From: Gemmatimonadota bacterium
GTDB lineage: Bacteria > Gemmatimonadota > Gemmatimonadetes > Gemmatimonadales > GWC2-71-9
Direction: 5' to 3'
NCBI GenBank assembly: GCA_040389605.1
Contig: JAZJZU010000019.1
Coordinates: 1-51,553 of the forward strand
Length of the DNA: 51,553 nt
A program made the position numbers and the translations under genes. Below, one piece after another: positions 1-8,978 of this stretch. Positions within the stretch are counted from its first letter, which is position 1. The number at the start of each line of letters is the position of its first letter. A model generated the notes under the pieces. It worked only from the letters and a program-made list of their open reading frames with translations, had not been told where the DNA came from and searched no databases.

Positions 1-224
1 CGCGTGAACTGCACCGTCCCGATGGTCGCGACCAGCAGATTGAGCAGTAACGCGGTCGGGCGCATCTCGGCGGGAGCCGTGCCGAGAAAGGCCATCACCG
101 CGAGGTAGCCGGAGGCACCTGCGTGACCCACCGCACTGTAGAGCAGCGCGGCCGCAAAGATCAGCGCGGCGCCGATCTGCCGGTCTCGTCGCAGGCGGCC
201 ACTGCCGTGATCTCGATGCGGCAA
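1..224 (-). CDS. TauE/SafE-type (UPF0721-like) membrane transporter; N-terminal part only, gene runs off the left edge
   Basis: My own minus-strand translation gives QIGAALIFAAALLYSAVGHAGASGYLAVMAFLGTAPAEMRPTALLLNLLVATIGTVQFTR. A first TM helix followed by GH(A/G)GASGY and a second TM helix is typical of TauE/SafE permeases. It is absent from the ORF track because it is truncated. The start is uncertain: the only in-frame candidates are TTG at 224 or CTG at 194, both overlapping the 3' end of the RidA gene. Confidence 0.45.
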   Translation of the reverse strand, partial: MPHRDHGSGRLRRDRQIGAALIFAAALLYSAVGHAGASGYLAVMAFLGTAPAEMRPTALLLNLLVATIGTVQFT

Positions 225-568
225 TCGGCCTTGAGGTTGGCGGCCCCGACGATGGCTCGCGCAGGCCGGTGTGCACCAAACCGTCGGACGCATACGGCAT
301 TCACCGCGGCCCAGTCATCACGGGTGAGGACAAAGACCGTGAGCATCAGGACCCGGTCGAGTCCGCTCCCTGCTGCGCCAAGAATCGCGGCCACATTGTC
401 GAGCGTCTGCTCGGTCTGCTGGGTGATGTCTCCGGCGATCACGAGTCCCGTCGCCGGGTCGATCGGTAGCTGTCCCGACACATACACCAGCCCCTCGTGC
501 ACCAGGGCCTGGCTGTAATGCCCGCCGGGCTGCGGGGCATCACCCGTGTGCACGGCACGGAATGTCAC
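161..568 (-). CDS. ridA: RidA/YjgF/L-PSP family reactive-intermediate deaminase
   Basis: 135 aa. GHYSQALVHEGLVYVSGQLPIDPATG...RPARAIVGAANLKADCRIEI is a classic YjgF/RidA signature. The GTG start overlaps the upstream stop (GTGA at 565-568). Confidence 0.9.
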   Translation of the reverse strand: MTFRAVHTGDAPQPGGHYSQALVHEGLVYVSGQLPIDPATGLVIAGDITQQTEQTLDNVAAILGAAGSGLDRVLMLTVFVLTRDDWAAVNAVCVRRFGAHRPARAIVGAANLKADCRIEITAVAACDETGRSAPR

Positions 569-1692
569 GGTGCCGGAATTCCTGATCGGCGCAGGATGGC
601 GCGTACGGAATCGATCGGGAGCGCGTTCAGCGTTCGCCCCCGTTGGGTCACCGATGTGGCCTTCAGCAGCGAGTTGTAAATCGCTTCCTCGGTGGCCTCG
701 ATGGTCGCCTCGAACACTGGCGACACGGCATCATCATCCAGCGTCTGCAGGCTGCGGTTGACGCCGGAACCCGGATGCCGGCGCACCAGCGGCGAAGTGG
801 AGAACGCGATGACGTAATCGCCTGAGCCGTTCGAACCGTCGGCGCCCGTCCGCGCCAGCCCCATCATTCCACGCGCTGCCACGCGCTCGAGCTGTCGCTC
901 CGAGAGCGGCGCGTCGGTGGCCACCACGATGATCACCGAGCCGTCTCCGCGCTCACGCAACAGGGAATTCCGGTACGAAAATCGTCCCAGCGCCTGGCCA
1001 ATCGGCGCGCCCATCATCTGCAGTATTCCGCCAAAATTGGTCTGGACCAGCACTCCGATGGTGTAGCCTCCGAGCGTCTTCGGGAGAACGCGTGACGACG
1101 TGCCGATCCCGCCTTTCCAGCCGAATGCGATCGTTCCGGCGCCAGCACCCACGCCCCCCTCGGCGACGGCTCCGTCGGATGCTGCCTCGAGTGCTGCCAC
1201 GACATCTGCCGGGGTGATCGGCCGGGAACGAATCGCGTTGAGGTTGCCATCATTCGTCTCGGCCACCACGGGATTGATCGAGCGCACCTGCTCCATTCCC
1301 GGCTTCGCGAGCAACCACGCAACCATCGCATCGGCCGCACGCCAGACACAGAGCGTACAGGTGAGCAGGATGGGGGTCTCGAGCTCACCAAGCTCGCCCA
1401 CCTGGGTGCTGCCGAGCAGCTTGCCGAACCCGTTGCCGACGTGAATGGCCGCCGGCACGCGTTCGTGGAAGAGATCGCCGCCGTGCGGCAGGATCGCCGT
1501 GATTCCGGTACGGATGCTGTCGCCCGAGATGATCGTGGAATGTCCGACTCGCACACCAGCCACGTCCGTGATCGCATTGCGCGCGCCCGGCGCGAAGATC
1601 CCGGGCGCAACGCCGAGGTCGCGCGCACGCGGACGCTCCTGCGCAACAATGGCCGTCGGCAGCAGCACGAGCAGGAGGGACAGGGTTCGCAT
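565..1692 (-). CDS. P1/S58 family peptidase (DmpA-like L-aminopeptidase/D-esterase), secreted
   Basis: 375 aa with a signal peptide (MRTLSLLLVLLPTAIVAQ). NAITDVAGVRVGH, GTIAFGWKGGIGTSS and VVATDAPL are typical of the DmpA/peptidase S58 family. Confidence 0.88.
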   Translation of the reverse strand: MRTLSLLLVLLPTAIVAQERPRARDLGVAPGIFAPGARNAITDVAGVRVGHSTIISGDSIRTGITAILPHGGDLFHERVPAAIHVGNGFGKLLGSTQVGELGELETPILLTCTLCVWRAADAMVAWLLAKPGMEQVRSINPVVAETNDGNLNAIRSRPITPADVVAALEAASDGAVAEGGVGAGAGTIAFGWKGGIGTSSRVLPKTLGGYTIGVLVQTNFGGILQMMGAPIGQALGRFSYRNSLLRERGDGSVIIVVATDAPLSERQLERVAARGMMGLARTGADGSNGSGDYVIAFSTSPLVRRHPGSGVNRSLQTLDDDAVSPVFEATIEATEEAIYNSLLKATSVTQRGRTLNALPIDSVRAILRRSGIPAP

Positions 1693-2030
1693 CAGCGCAC
1701 CGCGTTGGGTCCGGCGCCCAGCACAACACCGAGCCCGACCAGGGAGAGAGCGAGGATTGCGAGCGGCGGTGCGTCGAGATTCATCAGGGCGAGCGTGCAG
1801 CCGAGCGCGAGGCCCACAAAACCGCCGATCGATGCACCACGGCGACGGTCCGGGTCGAGCCAGCCACGATCGATCACCACATTGATCGCCACCAGCACCG
1901 CAAGCGTGCCGACAATGGTGGCGCCGAAGAAGAGGCCCCGGCGGCCAAAGAGCTCCCCGGCGAAGGCACCGAGTGCCGCGCCGAACGCGGCCAGCAGCCA
2001 GCTCAGGAGGACAACGCGAAGTAGGCGCAT
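1692..2030 (-). CDS. small integral membrane protein (about 4 TM), function unknown
   Basis: 112 aa, almost entirely hydrophobic Gly/Ala/Leu helices. ATG start. Its stop overlaps the DmpA-like start (TGATG at 1690-1694), which suggests co-translation. Confidence 0.6.
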   Translation of the reverse strand: MRLLRVVLLSWLLAAFGAALGAFAGELFGRRGLFFGATIVGTLAVLVAINVVIDRGWLDPDRRRGASIGGFVGLALGCTLALMNLDAPPLAILALSLVGLGVVLGAGPNAVR

Positions 2031-2112
2031 CCCGGGAAGATGGCCACCGATGGGGAGAAAGACGAGGGCGGCCCGATGAGAGGCCGCCCCGTCCTGCGGA
2101 AATCGCGGGAGA

Positions 2113-2898
2113 CTACCGGAGCGTGATCTCCTGCATCATCCCGTGATGAAAGTGTTCCTTCCCGTCCTTCGGATCGGGGAGGAAGCAGAACAACGCGTAC
2201 TTCCCGGCCGCGAGATCGAGCGTCTCGATGTTGGCCTCGCCGGTCTGCAGCGGCGACACGCCTCCGACCACGGTGGCCGGCGGGGGAGAATCGAGCTTCG
2301 CCGCCCACGCCGCCAGATCCTGGGCGGTCTTCCCGGGGTGCAGCTTCCAGATCACGAGCTCGTGGGGCTGGCCGGGCGCGGTGACGATCTTCACGACGTG
2401 CTTGCCCGCCGTAAGCGGTTTCGAGAATTCCCAGCCGTAATCCTTCATCGTCATCGTGATGTCCGGCACGGGCAGGGTGGCCGCAGCCTTGTTCGGCGTG
2501 ACCGTGAATCCCTTCATCATCCCCTTGGCGATGTGCGGTACGCCGTCGGGCCCGGGAATCATGCAGACCCAGGCATAGTCGCCAGGGGCCAGCGTGATGG
2601 TCACCGTCGATCCTTCCTGCGGGCCGCCCATCAGCGTGATCCAGGAGGGCGGTGGCCCGGGCTTGGCGACCGCAGCGGCAAGGTCCTGCACCGACTTGCC
2701 GGGAGCCAGGCGCACCAGGATGGCGTGGTGGGGTTGCTTCCCGGCGTTCACGGCTTGGAACGTGACCGGGCCTGCCGGCAAGGAGGCCGGGGCATCGAAA
2801 GCAAAATCGCGGAAAGTGATCGTGACAACCGGCGAACGGGGAGCGGGTCCCGCCAAGGGAAGCAGCAGCAATGCCGCAGCGGCGCGAAATCCGGGCAC
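2113..2898 (-). CDS. secreted protein made of two tandem cupredoxin-like domains (possible type-1 Cu sites)
   Basis: 261 aa. GTG start preceded by GGAGG 5 nt upstream; signal peptide present. The two halves align with each other: QPH..L.PGK..QDLAA..AK..PPP..GG...G.YA..C..P.P.DG..H...GMM. Each half has an upstream His plus a C-x(10-11)-H-x(4)-M pattern. Confidence 0.7.
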   Translation of the reverse strand: MPGFRAAAALLLLPLAGPAPRSPVVTITFRDFAFDAPASLPAGPVTFQAVNAGKQPHHAILVRLAPGKSVQDLAAAVAKPGPPPSWITLMGGPQEGSTVTITLAPGDYAWVCMIPGPDGVPHIAKGMMKGFTVTPNKAAATLPVPDITMTMKDYGWEFSKPLTAGKHVVKIVTAPGQPHELVIWKLHPGKTAQDLAAWAAKLDSPPPATVVGGVSPLQTGEANIETLDLAAGKYALFCFLPDPKDGKEHFHHGMMQEITLR

Positions 2899-3000
2899 AG
2901 AATCCTCCAGACAGGGATCGGGGTTGGGCCAGACAGCTGAACGAAATTACCAGCGGGAGACAGGTACGAAACGATGTCGCAAAACGTTTCAACCGGTCCG

Positions 3001-3414
3001 TTACCCCCGGATGGTGATCCCGTTTCCAGCGGCCCCGAGCGCGAGCAGCGGCACCCCGGCACACCCGGCGATCCACATCCAGGTCGGATGCGGGGCGCTG
3101 AGGAGGTTCATCACGACGACACCTGTGAACAGCAGCGCGAATCCCGACACTGCACCTCCCCGCCCACCCAGCCGGGCCGCGATGAGGCCACCCGCGTAGG
3201 CGGCGAGCCACCAGCCGCACAGGACCAGGATCAACGAAGCGAAGGGAATTTCTCCCGCCTCGAGCGCCTGCTTGAGTTCCTCGGCATCGAGCGGGTTCAC
3301 GCCTGCGGGGAGCGGCAACATCCGGGCGGCGAGGGTCTCGATCAGGAACACGATCGACCAGGCGACCGCGAGGGAAGCCAGGATAGCGTAGATGCGTCGG
3401 CCCAGACCGGACAT
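3001..3414 (-). CDS. small integral membrane protein, function unknown
   Basis: 137 aa with 4 predicted hydrophobic helices. ATG start with GGAGG 7 nt upstream. Confidence 0.6.
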   Translation of the reverse strand: MSGLGRRIYAILASLAVAWSIVFLIETLAARMLPLPAGVNPLDAEELKQALEAGEIPFASLILVLCGWWLAAYAGGLIAARLGGRGGAVSGFALLFTGVVVMNLLSAPHPTWMWIAGCAGVPLLALGAAGNGITIRG

Positions 3415-3459
3415 AGCCCAACCTCCTCTGCCGGACCAGCGCTGCGCAGCGAGTGAGCC

Positions 3460-4977
3460 TCAGCGCAACAGCGGTCCAATGAGCGATACCACGACGATGA
3501 TGACCACACTGCCCACCACATCCAGCACCAGCCCCGCGCGCATCATCCGGGAAAGCGGCACCACGCCTGAACCATAGACGATTGCGTTGCAGGGGGTCGA
3601 AACTGGCAGCATGAAGCCGAGCGAGGCCCCCATGGTCGCACCCAGTGCCGGCAGGAGGGGATCGACCGAGGCGGCGCGGGCGATCGCGATCACAACGGGG
3701 ACCACCATATTCGCAGACGCGGTGTTCGATGTAGTCTCGGACAGTAACACTGCAACCACAGTCGCGGCGATGAGGAGTGGCGTCGGACCCGACGGCAACA
3801 GGGCGGTGGCACTCCGGCCCATCGCTTCGGCGAGCCCGGTCTGGAAAGCCAGCGTGCCGAGCGCAAAGCCGCCGCCGTAGAGCAGGACCACTCCCCAGTC
3901 GATCCGCGACGCCTCGCGCCAGCTGATCGCACGGGCCCCAGGTTCACCCGGGAGCAGGAAGAGCAGGATGGCACCGAGCAGTGCCACGACCCCTTCCGGA
4001 AGGCGCGAGGCGACCTCGACCGTGACCGGATGCCGCGCCCCGAGCAGGATGGCGAGCACGCCCGGGAGCACCCAGAGCGCCACCGTCACCCCAAAGGCCA
4101 GCCGGGTCGAGCGCTGCCCCCGCGTCCAGGGGCCGAGCGCCGCGCGCCCGGCCCGGACCACTTCGGCACCGCCTGGCAGCACCTTCACTCCGGCGGGCGA
4201 CATCCGGTCGAGCACGAGAAAGAGCACGACGAAGAGCACCAGCACAGTGGGGACACCCAGCATCATCCAGGAGAAAAAGGGGATGTCGATACCGAGTTCA
4301 CCGCGAATGAACCCGAGCCCGATCACGTTCGGCGGAGTGCCCACGGGCGTGGCAAGTCCCCCGAGGGAGGCGGCGAACGAGGTCATCAGCATCAATCCCG
4401 CGGCCCATCGAGGGTCGAGCCGCACCGCGGTCTCATCGTCCTGTTGCTGGTAGAGCACCCGCAGGATCGACAGACCGATGCCGAACATCATCGCCGTCGT
4501 GGCCGTGTTCGAGATCCAGGCCGAGATCACCGCGGTGACCGCACCGAAGCCGAGCAGGAGGCGCGAAGGGCTGCCGCCAATCCAGGGACGGGAGAGCACC
4601 GCGAAGGCGACCCGGCGATCGAGTCCGTGGTGAAAAATGGCCTGCGCGAGAATGAACGAGCCGATGAAGAGGAACATCAGCGGATCGGCAAATGGCGCGA
4701 ACACCGCTTTCGCGGTGGCCACCTTCAGCACCACGCAGAGCGCCGCGCCGAGCAGGGCCGTTACCGGCATCGGCAGCGATTCGCTCATCCAGAGGACCAC
4801 GACCGCAATCATCACCGAGGCGAGGCGATGAGCTTCCGGGGACAGCGATGGGAAGGACGTGAGGGCCACGGCGATGGCCGCAGCCGGCGCAAGCACGAAG
4901 CCTGCCTTGTGACGCACCCGATCGAACGCCGCCTCCGCCGGACTGATGGCGAGGGCGATCGGTTCGTGCTCGCTCAA
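3460..4977 (-). CDS. DASS/SLC13-family anion:sodium symporter (di/tricarboxylate or sulfate type)
   Basis: 505 aa polytopic membrane protein. It has the two hairpin motifs ISNTATTAMM and SNTASANMVVPV that are characteristic of DASS transporters. The TTG start overlaps the upstream stop (TTGA at 4974-4977). Confidence 0.88.
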   Translation of the reverse strand: MSEHEPIALAISPAEAAFDRVRHKAGFVLAPAAAIAVALTSFPSLSPEAHRLASVMIAVVVLWMSESLPMPVTALLGAALCVVLKVATAKAVFAPFADPLMFLFIGSFILAQAIFHHGLDRRVAFAVLSRPWIGGSPSRLLLGFGAVTAVISAWISNTATTAMMFGIGLSILRVLYQQQDDETAVRLDPRWAAGLMLMTSFAASLGGLATPVGTPPNVIGLGFIRGELGIDIPFFSWMMLGVPTVLVLFVVLFLVLDRMSPAGVKVLPGGAEVVRAGRAALGPWTRGQRSTRLAFGVTVALWVLPGVLAILLGARHPVTVEVASRLPEGVVALLGAILLFLLPGEPGARAISWREASRIDWGVVLLYGGGFALGTLAFQTGLAEAMGRSATALLPSGPTPLLIAATVVAVLLSETTSNTASANMVVPVVIAIARAASVDPLLPALGATMGASLGFMLPVSTPCNAIVYGSGVVPLSRMMRAGLVLDVVGSVVIIVVVSLIGPLLR

Positions 4978-5825
4978 CGGGTACTGAGGGTGTTACACGC
5001 CGACATCTCGCCTCCATCGAAGCCGCGACGGAACCAGCTCGTCCGCTGCGCGGAGGAGCCGTGGGTCCAGCTCTCGGGCTGTACGGTGCCGCGACTCATC
5101 TTCTGAAGCCGGTCGTCTCCGACGGCAGCGGCCGCGCCAAGGCCCTCATCCACATCCCCTGCCTCAAGCCGCCCCTCCTGGGCCGCCTGATGCCCCCAGA
5201 CGCCGGCGAAGCAGTCGGCCTGCAATTCCATCGCAACCGACAGGGCGTTGGCACGCGACGGGTCCCGCTGCTGTGCCTCCCGGACCTGCGACTCGATCCC
5301 GAGCACCTTCTGCACGTGATGCCCGATCTCGTGCGCGAGCACATACGCCTCGGCGAAATCGCCGGGCGCACCAAAGCGCGACGAGAGCTCCTGATAGAAC
5401 CCGAGATCGATATAGACCTTCTCGTCGCCGGGACAGTAGAACGGGCCCGACGCCGCCTGCGCGAGGCCGCACGCCGACTCCACCTGATCGCGGAAGAGCA
5501 CGAGCCTGGCGTCACGCCAGTTACCGCCACTGGCGGCGCCCAGCTTCGTGGCCCACATCTGCTGGGCATCATCCAGCACGAACGAGACGAACTGCACCGT
5601 CTGTTCTTCCGCCGGGTCGCTCACGGCTGTCCCCGGCGCAGTCGCAGTGGTGCCATTCGCCTCCAGTGCGCCGAGCAGGGCCAAGGGATTCTGCTTGGTG
5701 ACCAGGGCCACGATCACCACGAGGACGATGCCCCCGATTCCCATTCCGCCCAGACTCGGGCCGCGACGGCCGCCCCCGCGCTGATCCTCGAGATTGGTCG
5801 ACCGACCACCAGGTGTCCAGCGCAT
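4974..5825 (-). CDS. YpfJ-like putative neutral zinc metallopeptidase (membrane-anchored)
   Basis: 283 aa. An N-terminal Gly-rich stretch and one TM helix are followed by FYCPGDEKVYIDLGF and AYVLAHEIGHHVQ (an HExxH motif). GGAG SD upstream. Confidence 0.85.
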   Translation of the reverse strand: MRWTPGGRSTNLEDQRGGGRRGPSLGGMGIGGIVLVVIVALVTKQNPLALLGALEANGTTATAPGTAVSDPAEEQTVQFVSFVLDDAQQMWATKLGAASGGNWRDARLVLFRDQVESACGLAQAASGPFYCPGDEKVYIDLGFYQELSSRFGAPGDFAEAYVLAHEIGHHVQKVLGIESQVREAQQRDPSRANALSVAMELQADCFAGVWGHQAAQEGRLEAGDVDEGLGAAAAVGDDRLQKMSRGTVQPESWTHGSSAQRTSWFRRGFDGGEMSACNTLSTR

Positions 5826-5906
5826 CGGAGGGCTCCTCCCGGCGGTGCGTGCCTCGCCGGATGTCAGGGATGTATTCGTGGAACGGCCAGCCAGGCCGCC
5901 TGACGA

Positions 5907-6599
5907 CTACCGCGGAATATGGAAGAGACGTCCCCACCGCGTTGCCGTGAAGAACGGAAACGGCCGGTAGCTCTGGGCGTCCCAGGAGTAGTAGATGATG
6001 ATCGGGGTTCCGCGGACGTTTTTCCGGGGAACAAACCCCCAGAAACGCGAATCCCTCGAGTGATCGCGGTTGTCGCCCATCATCCACATCGAATCTTTCG
6101 GGACGAGCAGGGGGCCCCACTCGTGCACATCGGGAAGGTAGCCCGCCGTATCCGGACCGATGTAGTGCGACAGCTGGAGCGCACGCATCTCGGCGCGCGT
6201 GCCCGGGTCCAGGCGATTGTCGGGTTCGAGGGACCGGGCGTACGGCTCCTCAAGCGCCTTGCCATTGCGGTACAACACGCCGGTATGCATCTCGAGGGTG
6301 TCGCCGGGAAGTCCGATCAGCCGCTTGACCAGCGTGGAGTCTTCGATTGGCGAAATGAACACCACGATGTCGCCGTGGCGCGGTTCGCGAACCGCCGGGA
6401 GGTGGGCGTCGATCAGTGGAATCTTTGCGCCGTACAGAAACTTGTTGACGAACAGGACGTCGCCCACCAGCAGCGTGTTTTCCATACTGGGAGAAGGGAT
6501 GAAGTAGGCCTGGACCAGGAAGGTGCTCAATACCAGCCAGATCCCGAGGGCCCACGCGAGCGCCCTGACCCACTCCAGCAACTTCTTCCCATTGCTCAT
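5907..6599 (-). CDS. lepB: signal peptidase I
   Basis: 230 aa. It has an N-terminal TM helix, the SPSMENTL catalytic-Ser box, GDIVVF, VKRLIGLPGD and GDNRDHSRDSRFWGFVP boxes. Confidence 0.92.
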   Translation of the reverse strand: MSNGKKLLEWVRALAWALGIWLVLSTFLVQAYFIPSPSMENTLLVGDVLFVNKFLYGAKIPLIDAHLPAVREPRHGDIVVFISPIEDSTLVKRLIGLPGDTLEMHTGVLYRNGKALEEPYARSLEPDNRLDPGTRAEMRALQLSHYIGPDTAGYLPDVHEWGPLLVPKDSMWMMGDNRDHSRDSRFWGFVPRKNVRGTPIIIYYSWDAQSYRPFPFFTATRWGRLFHIPR

Positions 6600-7141
6600 C
6601 AGCTCTTGACCACCGCGGCGTACCGCTGTCGGAGTTTTGCCACCTTCGGCGCGATCATCGCCGCGCAGTAGGCACGGCTGGGATTGCGCTGAAAATACTG
6701 CTGGTGGTACTCCTCCGCTGGCCAGAACCGGTCGAGCGGGGTGATCTCGGTCACGATCGGCCCGTCGAACACCCCCTCGGCCGTGAGTCCTGCCACCACT
6801 GCCTCGGCCGTGGCCTGCTGTTCCGGCGACGAGGTAAAGACCACCGACCGGTACTGCGTTCCGCTGTCGGGGCCCTGGCGGTTGAGCGTCGTCGGGTCGT
6901 GAAAGGCGAAGAACAGCTCGACCAGTTCCCGGTAGCTCCGGACGGCCGAATCGAACGTGACCTGAATTACCTCGGCGTGGCCGGTCGCTCCCGAACAGAC
7001 CTGCTCGTAGGTCGGCGCCGGTCGTGCACCACCCGAGTAGCCCGACACAACACGCTCAACACCCTGCAGCCGCTCGAAGACCGCCTCCAGGCACCAGAAG
7101 CACCCGCCGCCGAAGACCGCGGTTTCCAGTTTGCGCTCCAC
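6599..7141 (-). CDS. msrA: peptide-methionine (S)-S-oxide reductase MsrA
   Basis: AVFGGGCFWCLEAVF, GHAEVIQVTFD and HDPTTLNRQGPDSGTQYRS are MsrA signatures. The track ORF extends to 7243. I place the start at GTG 7141, which is preceded by AGGAAGAGG; the extension would overlap the upstream gene. The stop overlaps the lepB start (TGATG). Confidence 0.9.
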   Translation of the reverse strand: MERKLETAVFGGGCFWCLEAVFERLQGVERVVSGYSGGARPAPTYEQVCSGATGHAEVIQVTFDSAVRSYRELVELFFAFHDPTTLNRQGPDSGTQYRSVVFTSSPEQQATAEAVVAGLTAEGVFDGPIVTEITPLDRFWPAEEYHQQYFQRNPSRAYCAAMIAPKVAKLRQRYAAVVKS

Positions 7142-7221
7142 AATCCACCTCTTCCTGTCAACTCGTCCGGCACCACACCGGACGCAGTCACAACCTACGC
7201 CGCTGGCCGCTTTCCGGTTCC

Positions 7222-8073
7222 CTAGGGAAGCGAAAAGTCCCACGCGGCAACCCGGCCCGGGCCGAACCGCAGGCGCGAGTGCGCGCCGAATTTGAGACTC
7301 GGGTTCGCCGGCGCTTCCCGGAGCAGGCTGAATTCCAGCCGACGCAACCCCGGACGTTCCCAGGCCGGGAGCAAGCGCAGCGTAAAACCTGGTATGCGGA
7401 TGACGGCGCCTTCACCTTCCGTGAACACTTCTACGCCGAGGCGCTGCATCGTGCGCATCAGGGTGGCGATATCGGCCGCCGGGATCGCGACTGTCGCGGC
7501 GGTGAGGTCGCCGAGCAGCAGGGAATCGACGAACCGTGACGCCAGGAATCGGTCACGGCCGATGTCGCTCTCGGGCAGCGAGTCTCGCACCGACAACGAC
7601 CGGGCCGCTTCCGCGGCGTATTCCATCAGCCAGAAGGCCGAACGGGGAGACGTGGCGTCCCGGCCCGAGGGCTGCCAGCGGTGGAAGAACGCCTCGCTTT
7701 GCCGGGGAGTGCCTCGCCGCTCCGTCGTGGTGTCGAAAGTCGCACCGTAGCCGGACATCGCACGAGCCACAGCCGCGACGCCCCCGGGTGTTTCAGTGGC
7801 AAATGCAATCCCCACATCGCCATCACGCGCACCGTCAAACCCGCCGGGGTCGAACAACTCGAGGTAGGTGTGATGACCGAAAAACGTTGCGGGAGTCTTC
7901 GCCTTGAATCCAGCGAACTGGGTCGACAGGAAGGGTGAGGCGACGATCTCGGCATACGTCGCCGAATCGATCACGGCGTAGAGGTGATTCAGGAGCACGG
8001 GCGTAGCGGGTCGCTGCGCAGCCAGGGGAGCAACCAGCACGCCGAGTGCGGCGCAGAGTGCCAGCGGCTTCAC
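7222..8073 (-). CDS. secreted hypothetical protein
   Basis: Same frame as track ORF 7222..8151. I set the start at GTG 8073, which overlaps the upstream stop (GTGA) and yields a signal peptide (VKPLALCAALGVLVAPLAAQ). I recognise no motif; HLYAVID...HTYLELFDPGG is loosely VOC-like. Confidence 0.6.
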   Translation of the reverse strand: MKPLALCAALGVLVAPLAAQRPATPVLLNHLYAVIDSATYAEIVASPFLSTQFAGFKAKTPATFFGHHTYLELFDPGGFDGARDGDVGIAFATETPGGVAAVARAMSGYGATFDTTTERRGTPRQSEAFFHRWQPSGRDATSPRSAFWLMEYAAEAARSLSVRDSLPESDIGRDRFLASRFVDSLLLGDLTAATVAIPAADIATLMRTMQRLGVEVFTEGEGAVIRIPGFTLRLLPAWERPGLRRLEFSLLREAPANPSLKFGAHSRLRFGPGRVAAWDFSLP

Positions 8074-8552
8074 GAGGCCTCGGCGAGGAGTGCGCCGACA
8101 TCCAGTGGCTCCAGCAGCATCTGCAGCGTTCCATCTGCGGCTCGAGGCCATTCGGACTCCGGGCGATCGTAATACAGTTCCACACCATTCTGGTCGGGAT
8201 CGCGGAGGTAGAGCGCCTCACTCACGCCGTGGTCCGACGCCCCATCGAGGCGCACGCCGGCGTCGACGACGCGTCGCAGCGCCTGCGCGAGCGCCTTCCG
8301 GTCGGGATAGCGGATCGCTGCGTGGTACAGTCCCGTGCTCCCGCGGGGCGGCGGGCTTCCGCCGCGACTCTCCCAGACATTCAGCCCGATGTGATGATGG
8401 TAGCCACCGGCGCTGAGGAATGCTGCCGTGTCGCCCATTCGCTGCGTGATCTCGAAGCCGAGCACCCCGTGCCAGAAGGCGAGCGCCCGATCAAGGTCGG
8501 CCACCCGGAGGTGTACGTGGCCAATGTCAACGCGCGGATCGATTGCGGTCAT
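8070..8552 (-). CDS. VOC (glyoxalase/bleomycin-resistance/dioxygenase) family protein
   Basis: 160 aa. IGHVHLRVADLDRALAFWHGVLGFE...GYHHHIGLN...YLRDPDQNGVELY is a typical VOC/CatE-like pattern. Confidence 0.85.
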   Translation of the reverse strand: MTAIDPRVDIGHVHLRVADLDRALAFWHGVLGFEITQRMGDTAAFLSAGGYHHHIGLNVWESRGGSPPPRGSTGLYHAAIRYPDRKALAQALRRVVDAGVRLDGASDHGVSEALYLRDPDQNGVELYYDRPESEWPRAADGTLQMLLEPLDVGALLAEAS

Positions 8553-8603
8553 CGGTGATTGCTGCCCTGGTGAAGAGTTCCCGGAGCGTTGGCTCGCGGC
8601 CGT

Positions 8604-8978
8604 TCAGGGTGCCGCAGCGGGCTCTCGCGCGCCGCGCGCGAGAAACGCGACCAGTGCGGTTGCGAGCCCTTCCAGCCGGACATCGGAGAGATCGTGGTTG
8701 GGCGGGAGCCGCTCGCCCGCCGTGACCCACTCGATGTCGGTCCAGCGACTGACCACGGCACCGCCCGATTGCCGCGCCGCCTCGATCCAGAGCATCCGCT
8801 CCGTCCCGTCCCAGGCGAGCCGCAGCCGCACGTCTCCCAGTGAGTACTCGGCCAGCGCGCTCGCCTCGCTGCCAGGTTCGTACTCGCGCACCACGGCCCG
8901 GAAGCCGTGCGCCTCGATCAGCGGACCGAGATAGATCGATGCGCGTGTGAACGGCTCCGACGGGACGGGCGTGCTCAA
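8604..8978 (-). CDS. hypothetical protein (124 aa)
   Basis: This is the C-terminal part of track ORF 8604..9134. A TTG start at 8978 overlaps the stop of the upstream FMN reductase (TTGA). Its composition is protein-like (YLGPLIEAHGFRAVVREYEPGSE...), unlike the competing Arg-rich ORF 8527..9051. Confidence 0.5.
   Translation of the reverse strand: MSTPVPSEPFTRASIYLGPLIEAHGFRAVVREYEPGSEASALAEYSLGDVRLRLAWDGTERMLWIEAARQSGGAVVSRWTDIEWVTAGERLPPNHDLSDVRLEGLATALVAFLARGAREPAAAP

Noticed and set aside
2003-3421. Very long ORFs on the strand opposite to, or out of frame with, the genes I called. Examples: 2003-3421(-), 4030-5106(+), 11913-13604(+), 13653-15092(+), 18839-20068(-), 32322-34595(+), 41158-42870(+), 43162-44220(-), 45614-47119(+), 46837-48522(+).
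   Set aside because: Their translations are dominated by Arg/Pro/Gly/Ala/His runs with no recognisable motifs. Each one overlaps a gene that has clear family signatures. These are the usual shadow ORFs of high-GC DNA, where stop codons are rare.
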